Source: a virus
IMG/VR virus record: IMGVR_UViG_3300032291_001296
Span: 39,354 to 103,353 of that record
Reading direction: 5' to 3' (one strand)
Length of the DNA: 64,000 nt
Shown piece by piece: positions 1-11,800 of the stretch. Position numbers and translations under genes: made by a program. The notes beneath the pieces are model-generated. The model was not told the DNA's origin. It was given only the letters and a program-made list of their open reading frames with translations, and searched no databases. Every line of letters starts with the position of its first letter. Within the stretch, counting starts at the first letter, position 1.

Positions 1-2843
1 CCAAGAATATTAGATGTGTTTCCAAACTTCTCTAATGTAGTAGCTTCTATTAATGGGAAGAACGATATAGATTTGTTTTGAAGATAACCTAATTGTTTAC
101 CTTTCTCATTCAATGCTGTTAAGAACTTCCACATATTTAATGCAGCTTCATTCTTAGCCATGTTCTCATATTCTTTAGAATAATGCCCTTCTTCAATCAT
201 TGCTTGATTAAACAATCTATTGAAATTATAATCATTGTACCCATTGAACTTTTCTCTATTAATATCAATAGAGTTTCTAAGATTTGATTTATGCATTTCT
301 TTTAAACGAACATTCTCTTCATTGTCTAAAGAATATACAGTGTTATTTATTACTTGTAAGTTTTTATCAATGTATTCTTTTGCTAATGTATTGAACTTAT
401 CCATGTCCATTACAGACATAAGAAAACCTTTATCTTTATCTGTCTTAGCTTCTTTCACTTCATCTAAGAAGTCTTTATCTATCTTCTTAATTAACTCAGG
501 TCCAGATGGTGTCATCTTACCTATTAAATCAAATGCATTTTTACCTTGCTGACGTGCTGATTGTTCTAATGGAATAAGTAAGTCACCAAATGTTTTTATT
601 TGTTTAGATGCTTCTCTATTAACCATAGATGCAGCATTCATCAATAAGTTAGAAGCAAGCTTAACTAATTTTGCAGAAAGCTTTGTTCCCTCAGCCCATG
701 TTTTAGCCCAAGCACTTATTTGTGCTTCAGCTTCTGTAACACTCATCTTATTTGTTTCAGAAACAATACCTTGTTTAACAGCAAGATTAGCTGTATAGAT
801 TTTCATTAAATCAAGTATCTTCTCTTGCATTCTTGCAGTGCTCTTAGTAATATCTTCAAGTCCAGCAAGTACTTTCTTGTTCTCTTCTGTCATACCTTGT
901 TTAGGGTATTGAGAAAGAAACACTTCATCCATAGAAGCAAACTTGTTTGCACTCTTTTGGTATTCTAATAACTCTTTTAATCCTTGTTTAAGAGCTGCTT
1001 CATCTAAGTTATTGTAATCTAGTTTTTCAAAATCAGCAATAGTGGTCTTAGCATTGTCTAAGAATGTCTTAGCAACATTATATAAAGGTTCGAAGTTTAA
1101 CTTAACATGTAAGTTACGTATAGCTCTACTAAGTTGTTCAAGCTGTTGTCTTCTAGCAAATTCTTTTTCTTCTGCTCCACCTTTCTTATATAGCTTCTCA
1201 TAGTGACTTTGTAATGAGTTTACAAGACTATCTACTTGTGAATTACCTGTACTCTCAGCTAATGAAGGAACAGGAAGCAAATACATATTTGTTTCTTTCA
1301 CTGCATCAAGCTTACCTATCTCAATACTTGTTGGAACAAGTGGAGATTTTTTATCTGATGGTACAGAGTTTTCATAGTTTAATATGAAAGGAATCATTCT
1401 AGCTTTACCTATCTGATCTCTTCTAAGTCCATAGTTTTGATCAATAGTGGTGTACTCAGCCATTTGAGGAACCCACTCTCTAATCTTAAACCAAGATAGG
1501 TCAGCGTTTTCTTTACTCTTATCTACAGTGGTGAATTTCCAGTCAAGTGTATCCACTTTGAAATCTTGTGTACCATCACTTTTTTTAACAGGATATACAG
1601 CTTTGAAATCCACTGCAGAAGCAATCATACCTTTCACTTTAGTATTAACCACTTTTTTCTCTATAAGAAATCTAGTTCCTTCTGGGTAGGAGTTAATTAA
1701 TGTTTGTGCAAATTCTCCAAGTTTAATTTGAAGACCTGCACTAAGTTTAGATGAAATAGGAGTGCTACCAAATTCATCTCTTATGTATCCATCTTTATCT
1801 ATAAGATTAGTAAGAATATATTGTTCTATGAATCTATGTCCTTCTGATCCCCAATCTCTTTTTTGTTCATCTACAAGTTTTTCAGCATCTGTTCTTTCAA
1901 ACTTCTTATTGAATAGAGCTTTAACTTTCTCTGTTACAGATTGAGCCACTCTTGTTCCTTGATATTTGTAATGTCGTTTATCTTCAACTGAATCAGGGAA
2001 TAACTCAAGACTATCATTATGTTCATTAACTGTATTAACATAATCATCCATTCTTTTCTTAACATCATCATCTATGTTAAAGAATATTCCCTTTTCTTTT
2101 ATATCAGCAAATGTACCAATCACTTTACCATCTACAATTGTATAAGCTGCAGTGTTGAATATATCAATATTAGATTTGCTATACACTCCTCTAATATAAT
2201 CAAGAATAGTTTCCCACCATCTTTGAATCATTGATCTAGTTTCTTCTTGCATTAAATCTGAAGAAGTATTTGGATCTCCAGGAGTATAATCAAGTACTTG
2301 AGCTATAAGTTGGTCAACAGCTTCTTTTTTAATCTTACGAATGTTTGGTTTACCATCAGGTAGTTGATATTCTTTTATTCCTTTATATTTATCAAAAACT
2401 TGTTTGTAGATTTTGAATCTATCTATCTTACTAATAAGTTCTGTTATAAGTCTTGGATTAGTTTGTTCTAGAATAGCTGTAGCAACGTGAATGATCTCTT
2501 GTGATACAACTACATCTTCCACTCCTTGTGCAACAGCTATCACTCCTTTAACAAGATCAGAAAGTCCAGTTACACCTTTTAAATCTATATCTGGATTATG
2601 TTTAGCATAATCGTCTAATGATACAAAGTCTATGCCCATTTCTTTAGCAGAAGCTTTTAAAACATCTAGCGTTTGCTTTGATGATTTATCTTCTTTGACA
2701 ATATCTGATAGCTTAGGAAAGTTATCTAAACCATTAGATTCCTGCCACAAAGAAACCTTTGCAGCAAGAACTATTGGATTGATATTAGATTGTTCAGCTA
2801 GTGCTTTGAACTCTGGTGAGTTTTTATTTATGCAATGTGCCAT
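1..2843 (-). CDS. Large virion cargo-type protein, 3'-truncated by the window edge, with a degenerate zincin-like motif and a RecB/Cas4-like PD-(D/E)xK nuclease domain
   Basis: Absent from the ORF track, consistent with no stop inside the window. ATG at 2843 gives MAHCINKNSPEFKALAEQSNINP. Hand-translated portions give SQEIIHVATAILEQ (2487-2501) and RHYKY..SVT..WGSEGH..FLIEKKV..IASAVD..LDWKF..PQMAEY (about 1990-1450). Lies directly downstream of the RNAP gene. Confidence 0.85.
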   Translation of the reverse strand, partial: MAHCINKNSPEFKALAEQSNINPIVLAAKVSLWQESNGLDNFPKLSDIVKEDKSSKQTLDVLKASAKEMGIDFVSLDDYAKHNPDIDLKGVTGLSDLVKGVIAVAQGVEDVVVSQEIIHVATAILEQTNPRLITELISKIDRFKIYKQVFDKYKGIKEYQLPDGKPNIRKIKKEAVDQLIAQVLDYTPGDPNTSSDLMQEETRSMIQRWWETILDYIRGVYSKSNIDIFNTAAYTIVDGKVIGTFADIKEKGIFFNIDDDVKKRMDDYVNTVNEHNDSLELFPDSVEDKRHYKYQGTRVAQSVTEKVKALFNKKFERTDAEKLVDEQKRDWGSEGHRFIEQYILTNLIDKDGYIRDEFGSTPISSKLSAGLQIKLGEFAQTLINSYPEGTRFLIEKKVVNTKVKGMIASAVDFKAVYPVKKSDGTQDFKVDTLDWKFTTVDKSKENADLSWFKIREWVPQMAEYTTIDQNYGLRRDQIGKARMIPFILNYENSVPSDKKSPLVPTSIEIGKLDAVKETNMYLLPVPSLAESTGNSQVDSLVNSLQSHYEKLYKKGGAEEKEFARRQQLEQLSRAIRNLHVKLNFEPLYNVAKTFLDNAKTTIADFEKLDYNNLDEAALKQGLKELLEYQKSANKFASMDEVFLSQYPKQGMTEENKKVLAGLEDITKSTARMQEKILDLMKIYTANLAVKQGIVSETNKMSVTEAEAQISAWAKTWAEGTKLSAKLVKLASNLLMNAASMVNREASKQIKTFGDLLIPLEQSARQQGKNAFDLIGKMTPSGPELIKKIDKDFLDEVKEAKTDKDKGFLMSVMDMDKFNTLAKEYIDKNLQVINNTVYSLDNEENVRLKEMHKSNLRNSIDINREKFNGYNDYNFNRLFNQAMIEEGHYSKEYENMAKNEAALNMWKFLTALNEKGKQLGYLQNKSISFFPLIEATTLEKFGNTSNIL

Positions 2844-2852
2844 TTGATATTA

Positions 2853-5800
2853 TTATTGATTACAACCTTGATCTTCTTGGTCTTTTATAGTTTTCTTTTC
2901 TTCAGGAGTTGTAGCATCCCATTCTTCTTGTGTTACACTATCAGGTTTTTCACTTACAGTTTCTGTAGGTTCAACTATCACTTCAGAAATACCTTGATAT
3001 ATCATTACAACATCATTGTCACTCACCTCACCTGATTTGATTTGTTTACCTTGAGCATCTGTAGCTTTCTCTACTTTCTCATATCCATTATCTAATACAG
3101 ATGATCTTTCGTAATCATAATATTCCTGAGCTCTGAATGAATCTCCCCATGCGTTGATAGCTTTGAAGATGTGTTTCACATACACCTTTCCATTTTTTTC
3201 AGTTACATCAACCAATGGAATTGGATTACCTTTCTCGTCTTTTGTATATACTTTTTGTAATAACACTTTATGTATGTGAGAGTAGTCTCCATTTTTCTTT
3301 CTTTTCATTCTTTCTGCATAAGGAATAGAATCTTCCCAGCTATATGTAATGAAATCATTTCTTCCATCACCAAAAGGACTAATACCTATCACCATTGGAA
3401 GAGCTCCATTATTCATAGCTTTCTTCAATTGTCCAGGTGTAAAGTATTGATTAGGATCATATAAGTTAGCACCTCTTCCATAATTAGATTTATTCAATAG
3501 CATCTTAGCTTTCATAAATGGAATGATGGTATAATTATTCCAGTTATTTCTTTCAAAAACACGTAGCTTTTGGAAGTCAGCTAAGTTAGGCATATTTTCT
3601 AAATTAGACAATGTTTGATTATATATTTCTTTGAAATCTTTATAAGGAAGAAGGTTAGTGAAAGCAATAGGAGAATTAGTAAGTCCTGATTGAATTACAG
3701 CAAGTCTTACAAGTTTTCCATAAAGATCTTTTCCTTCACCATCTAAATACTTTTTCAATTCTTCAAATCCATATATGATAAGGTTTTGATCATACACTTT
3801 ATTATCTCTTCCTGCAATATATAGATTATCAGCTTTACCTTCTTTAATACCAGCTTCCATCTTAATAGAGTTAAGAATGATGTTATTGAATAATGGATGA
3901 TCCTCTTTAGGAGCAATTCCTTTGTGTTTGTTTCCTAATATAGAATCTCTGAAGTTAATGATCTGTTGAGCAGCACTTTCTTTTGTACTGGTTCCTAATA
4001 ATATATTTGCAACATTAATATTAATGTTTCTATCAGTTTGTACAGCCCAGTCAAAAAGATCATTCACTGCTTTCTGACTCACCTTAACAAACTCTCTATC
4101 ACTTAGTTTCACATAAGGAGTTAACACTTCTTCCATTACAGATCTTACATTAACTTTATCAGATATAAGGATTTCAGAAAACGCATCTCTTACATTAAAT
4201 ATAGTGTCTTTAAGAACTCCTTTAAATGAACTACTTAATAGTTTATCTACAGAAGAGATGATAGATTTTCTAGCTTTCTCTAATTGAAGTCTTTTCTTAA
4301 ATACTATATATGGATCATTGATTACAGCAGTATCAAAGTTAGATCCTTGTACTACATCAAACAATTGAGATGCCATTTTAGAATACTTGATAAACTCTTT
4401 TAGTATGTATTGCTGTTGTAGTTTTTGAATACCATCCATTTCATTTTTCATTCCAGCTTTATTATACTTAAGCATTTTAAATAGATCAGCTTCTGATGGA
4501 ATTCCAGAAATAGTAGGTCTTTGTTTAACAGGTATAGATGATTCATATGCCTCTAATGTAGAGTTCATTATACCATCATTAAATAACCACGTGTATCCAT
4601 TGTTATCTAATGAACGTAGGTAGTCTTTAATGATAGGTTGGTTCATGAAATACGCAACAGTATTTACAGGTACACCAACTTTAATTAAGAATAACCAAGT
4701 GGAAGCTACGTTTTGTGTAGCACCAAGTCTCATAATCCATGGACCCTTAGAGATATCCACATATCCATCTATGAACTGTCCAATGATATCAGATATATAT
4801 TTACCAGCTTTGTTCTTAATTAATGATAGAGTAGGTCTTATTTTACCATCAACTACAATTGTATTATACTCTTCAAAGTTAATATTTGGATCAGTAGCAA
4901 ATGTATTTGAAAGTGGATTACCACCTAGTATTTCTCTATCTACAGGGTCAACATCTTTTAATTTATCAAAATCAATATATGTTGCAACACGTTGATTATC
5001 AGCATTGTTAGTTTGACCAGTAGCAGCAATACCAATTGCATATTTACCAGATACAAACGCTTGTCTTAAAGCAGACATAAATGTTCTACTTAACATGTTT
5101 CCTACATTACCATAGTCAATCTCTGGATTACCCATCTCTTCATTAATCTCTATAGATAGATTCTTCATCTCATCTGCAGAGTTAGGTTTGATTAAGTTTT
5201 CAAAGTTTGATTCATGACTAACTAAGTTCTGTAATGATTGAATATATGCATTCTCAAGAGATTGTTTATACCATACCTCTGCTTGTTGTTCTGCCCAAAC
5301 TTCAGTTAATGCTTCATCTGTAAGCTTTTCTAATTTTCCTTGTTTCTCTTGGATAGTTTTAATTAATTGAGCTTGTACCTCATCAGCATCTAATTGACCA
5401 TCTTGAACTTGTTCTGGGAACCAATCAGTGATGATAGGTAACCATTTGTTTCTAGTGTAGTCATCAGCTGTACTATCTATAATATTTTGGAATATTTCAT
5501 AAGTACCTTTAGATGAGTTTACAGATTTTGCTTGTTTGTAGATTTCTGCATTATTATTTTCAATAGCTATAGCTTTGAATTTATCAATAGCTTGTTGACC
5601 ATATCCTAAGAAAGGAACCATTCTTAATTTTCCTGAAGCATCAGAATATACATTCTTTAAGTAGATCGATAATTTATCGATATCAAAATCCGATCCAACC
5701 TTCTTAACAAGAGCTGAAGGAACAACAACGTTATCACCAAAGTCTTTTGGTAAGAATTGTTTGATAACAAAACTATCAATAGAGTTTTGTTTCTGTGTAG

Positions 5801-8800
5801 GAATACGATATCCAATACCAGATAATATAGACTTACCTTCGTCTGTATCGTTTAGATAATCAAGAAGTTCTTTATCTGACATGTTTCTAGTTTGAGCATT
5901 GTCAAACCATCTAGAAATCATTATCTCACATACACGCTCACCATCTGCATTTTTATAAAACTTAAGTATATCAGATGTATAGCTGTATTTAACATTTCCT
6001 TTCTTGTCTTTGAATTCTTTTCCTTGAATACGATTAGACTCAAGAAGTGTAGAAGGAATCTGTACCTTCATACCTCCTGTTATTTTTTGAGAAGCAATGT
6101 TTTTATCAGCAATAGAATAAAGAATATTTCTAATTTGTTGGTATGCAGGAGTAGCTTCTAATACAACATCACCAGATTTAAATCCTTCAAGAGCGTCAGT
6201 GATATTATCATTCACCTCTCTCTTCAATATCTCATCACTTAATGTTTTGATCAGTTTGTCTTTATCTAATATGGTGAATGTAGCTTTACCATTTTCATCA
6301 ACTCCTTGTGTAATACCAAGTTTTTTCAATAGAGTTTTATATCCTTCCTCTATCTTAGCTTCAAGAAGTCTTTGGTTGTTTGCTATCTCTTTGTATAATG
6401 GAGAAGCTTTTTCTTTTTCTGCTTCTGTTTTAAGCTCACCCCATGCAACAAAACGTTCATTGATATCTTCAATAACATTTCCTTTCTTATCTTTAATCTC
6501 AAAGTCAATTGGTACACCAGCATCCATGAAGTCCATGGTTACAAGTTTTGTAATCTGAGATCCTTGAGTTACTACTGGGTTATCTTTAGAAGGAACCTCA
6601 GTTTGTAATCCCATAATAGAGAATGGAATGTTATTTAACTCTTTAAAAGAAGCTTCATTGAATTCTCCTGAAGGAAGATAAAGAGGAGTAGCTTCACCAG
6701 CTCCCACTTTTCTACCTGATGCATATACAGCATAATCTGCATTCTCTCTTTGCATTTTATTATACATCTTAATTGCATTTGAATCAGGATTTAATTCATG
6801 CATTATTCTAAATGATAATGGAACCAAAGCGAACTTATCTAATACAACATCATTGTAGTTTTGTCCATCCACTTTATTTCCTGATACAATAGGTTTAATA
6901 GCAGTGTAAAGACTTCTTATGTTAGGATTTTTTCCAACGTATCTAACTTCACCAGATGAGTCAGTTGTCTTTTTAATATTAAATGCTTTCTCCTCATCAG
7001 TAAGAACAAGTCCTTGATTTCTTTTTTCTTCTTCTGTTAACCCTTCGCCTTTAACAACTTTCTCATATGCTATATCATATCTATATTGTTTCTCTTTAGC
7101 ATCATTCCATTGACCTGTACGAAGAAGGAATACACGAGTTGCTTTCAATGAAATCAATCCACCACCATCTGTTTCTTCATATGCTTTCATGTATTCTTCA
7201 AAGTCTGCAGTAGAGAATACATCATCAATCACTGTAGATACAAAATGATCTACATTCATATCTGTATATCCTATATCTCCAGGAGCAAACCCTTTATTGT
7301 ATTGCTCATTTAATGCAGAATTAACTTTGTTAGAACCATATAATAAAGCTTGTCTAGGTGAGTTAAAGTTTTTAATACGTTTCAACTCATCATTATATTG
7401 ATAAGGATCTGAATAAACAAGTTTATGCATCTCTATATTAGCTATCATATAGTTAGTAGATAACACTTTCAACTTGTTCTCATATTCTTCTTTTGATAAA
7501 ACATCATCTTCAGAGAATGATAATCCTTCAGTTTCTACTCCTTCAGCAGTCGTGTATACAGCACCAAATTCTCTAAGTACTCTATCTGTAGTTGATGCAT
7601 CTTGAGCTATGAAACTATTAACAGCAGCGTTTATTTCTTTCTTATTATCTTCATATAGTTTTTCTGCAGATTTTTTAGAATTAGTTTTAGACATAATCTG
7701 ATTATGTAGCTTATCTCCTAGAATAGATTTGAAGAAACGTAAGTCTGTTGATTTTCTATCACCAACTACTTTTCTTCCATCTCTAGCAAGTGCCACTTCA
7801 GCCATAAAATAATTTCTAAAAATCTCTAAGTGCTTACCATTTTTAAATGCTTCTTCTGTAACAAATGGATCATCCTCATTATGCATCTTAATAGCATGCT
7901 CAATAGAAGCATCTCCTGGTACAAGGTTCTCATATATACCTCCTAGGTTAAGATTGATTCCTTGTAAGAATCTTTGTTTAGCAGAAAGCTTAGAACTCTC
8001 TTTCTTGTTACCAGTTTGTTCATTAACTGTTCCATCAATGAACACAGGTTTCATAAGATCTTCTGTACCAGCAATACGTCCACCATCACCATCTTCTGCT
8101 AAGTCAAACATCTTATTTAACATCACGCTACTATCTTTAGCAAATACGTCTGTTAATAAATAGCTGTATGAAGAGAACCCTTTAGTTGCATCATTTAACT
8201 GTCTGATGTTACTTAATTTAGAAAGTACATCATGAATAGAACTAATAGCATTAGTTCCAATAAATGATTGTGTACGCTCTCCATTGATATTGAAATATGT
8301 ACTTTCAAAATCAGGGTTTTCAAGAATAGCTTTTATAGTTCCTAATTGAGTAAGACGTTTATCTATATCCAATGTCTTAGCACTAAGTGTAGCAACATCT
8401 TCTAATCCAGCTAAACTTTTTTGAATTCCTTCTACAGCTTTTCTAAATAATCTAAGTTGATCAGGATTCAAACTATTTTTAATTTGGTCTCCAGTCATTG
8501 GTTTTTTAGAATCTCCTATGATAAAGTTTATTCCCATACCTTGCAAGAATGCAACATATTGATCTAATTGACCTGAATTAAATTTAATGTTTTTAGTAAT
8601 TGTTTTAGGATTGTATTTTTGTGTTTTAGTGTTGTAGAATAAATAATCATTGTTATCTGTTCTAGTTGCTTCAATGATGTTATTAATCATCTCACGCTTA
8701 GCTTGTCTAGCAGCTCCACTTAATACAGAGTTACCAATCACCACTTCACCTGAAGGAAGAATAAACACTGTAACAACATCTGCATTCTGTTTCTTCATTG

Positions 8801-11800
8801 CGTTCCAGAAAGCTGTCATTAATTGAAGATCATGTTGTTTCAATGAATCCCAATTAATTTTTTCTTTAATAGAACTTCCTCCTGTTAAACGTCTATATAA
8901 AACTTCAAAGTTTGGATTAGCTTTAGCCATTGCTCTAAGTCTCTCAAACATCTCATCAACATTTACAGAATCATGTAATGAATTCATTAATGTAACAAAT
9001 GCTTGATCTGCAGGCATTAATACAACACCACCAACTGTAGAGATTTCAGGAATAATTTCACCTTTAACTATTTTAGTTTTAGGAAGTGTAGCTAATAAAA
9101 GTTTTACTACACGGTTTGCTTTTCTGAAAGAGTCAATCTTTCTAGCATCCATGTAATCTGATTTACCAGAATTGTCTTCATCGTTTAAGTTAAGCTCATC
9201 GTTCTCATCAAACTCAATAGCATAAGACTTAAGATGCTCTTCGTGTTTCTCAACAATAGCAGGCCAATCTTTTTTGATGTTATCAAATAAATCTTTTAAA
9301 GCATTGATCTCTGGAGTGATCTCTTTTTCTGTTTTTGTTTTATCATCTACTTGTGCATATAACTGATCTCTAAGTTCAAGAACACAATCTTCTAAAATCT
9401 CTTGTTTAAGTCTAGCATATAGCTGAGCTTTCTTAGGTTTCTCCACTTCAAAAAGACTTTGACTAGTTTGAGATAGATAAGACAATGTACTGTATGTCAT
9501 GTGTTGAATAATATCATGCAATTGTGTAGCAGGGATATTTTTCACTTTAAGTCTGAACTCAGACGTTTCATCACCTTCAGCAGATTCTATATCTTGAATA
9601 CCTTTATTAGCATAAGATAGTTTTGTTTCAAATGGATTGTATTGTGCATAGTATCCATTACCTATCTTAGCAAATAACTCTTTTGTATTTGTTTGAGCTT
9701 TTTCTCCTGTAAAGAAACCTTTAATGAAGTCAATCAACTCAGAGAACATTCTACCAATTAATCCTTTTGATGCCATTGGTTTACCTAACTTATCAGCAAG
9801 AACAGCATCTCTGAATTCCTCAGCAAGTTGTTCTTTAATTTGATCAGCTATAGCATATTTATATTCAACTCTTTCACCAGTCTCTCTATCTATAAATGAT
9901 CCTTTTCTTTTTCTGAACTCATCAAGAATAGCTTGTTTCTCTTCAGGACCAGCAAACATTTTCCATACAGCTTCAAACACCTCATGATAAGCAGTACCTA
10001 TCTCAGCATTTTCATATACGTATATAGCAGCATTATGAAACATACCCCAAGCTTCTCTACCATTAGTAGCTTGAATGATATTCTTCACTCTATATATAGG
10101 AACATTTGGCATCACCTTTTTAATAAACTCTCCCACCTTATTCCAGTTCTCTGGAACAATAGTATCCATTTTATTTGTGATAGCTAGTCTATATAGTTTT
10201 CTTGATCCTTTTGATTTAGGTTTAGCAGGTGTATTCCAGGTAACATCATCATCCTCTTCTATTTGTTCAGGAGTTATTTCTTCTTTACCTTCTATATCAG
10301 AAACTTCTTCTTCTACTACAGGAGCTGGATCAGCAACTGGAGGAAGATTTGGAACTTGTTGTTGTACAAGTTGTGGAGCTATTTTCTTTTCAATAGCTTT
10401 AATTAAAATGTTAGCTGCTTTGTTATGATCTACTTTCTTTTGTTCAGCTAAGTTAATAATAGCATCTGCAGACTCATCTAGATTGATATCCACTTCACCT
10501 TGCTCATTAGCAAAGTACATAACTGTTCCATAGTCAGTTTCTAATATATTAGGAGTGGCATCATCAAAATTAACAACTTCATCACTCACTGCAGCAGCTG
10601 GTTTAGCTACAGGAGCAGGTGCAACAGGTGCAGGTTCTGTAGCAGTTTGTGTAGCTGCAGGTTTATTAATTTTATTCTCAACAGCTTTTATTAAGTTACT
10701 AATTGCCCAGTTTTGAGCTTCCTCATCTGATTTTCCAACAGCAGTCTTTTTCTTTGCTAATTCAAGAATAGCATCTTCAGAAGCTTCTAAATCAAGTCCT
10801 ACGTTACCTTCTTCATCTACAGTGAATACGATATCTCCTAGATCAGGATTGTTAATTGTATTAGGTGTAATACCATCAAATGCAAATTCTTCTTTAGCTG
10901 TAGACTTATCTTGTGAAATAACTGGTTGAACAGCAACTACAGCTGGTTCTGGTTTAACATATGTTCTACCTGTACTATTCAATGTGAAATAGATTCCATC
11001 TCTATTAGTAGGTTGACTTTCTGTAATAGGTCTAAACTGTGTAGCTAATGGAAGTTCTTTATTATCTCTAGCTATAGTTAATTTACCATTAGCATCAGGA
11101 GCTTTATCTGATAATAAATAAGTTTGGTAGTTAGGCCATTCTCTATTTATAGGATTTCCTTCAGAGTCAATGCCTGTGATTTCATAGTATGGATTATTCC
11201 ATCCATCACTGTTCACTCTTAAAGAGTCTGTATTATTATACATCTCTTTAAGTAATGAAATGATAGCATCTTTATTATTTTGTAATGATGTAGGTGTAAA
11301 GTCAAAGTATTCTTTTGAATCTTTAGCAAGACCAGACATAAATAATTTTACAACTGGTTCACCATTATCATCTTTAACTGTTTCAAACCAGATGTTGTTA
11401 TATCCTGCAGGTTTTCTTTTTCCACTTTGATCTTTTGCAATACCCCAATAAACTACAGATTTTAACCAATTGAATAAGTCTTTAGAACTATCATTTATTT
11501 CACCATCTCTTAAAGCATTCTTTGTAATCTGATGCATTACATCAAATATAGTATTAGCTTCTTTGTCAGTGAATTTTCTATTGAATAATTTAGCTAGTCC
11601 TCTTCCAGGTATTCTTAAGAACACTCTACCAGTAGGAGTTGCAAAAGTTACTGATCCTTCAGATACAGATTCACCTGTTGTAGCCACCTCAACTACAGGA
11701 GATTTTCTTAATCCTGATTGAGTTACAAGACCTGCAGCTTGTGCAGAAGTTCTTGCTGCTTTATTTGTAACTTCATTTCCTGCTTGATCTTTATATGTAA

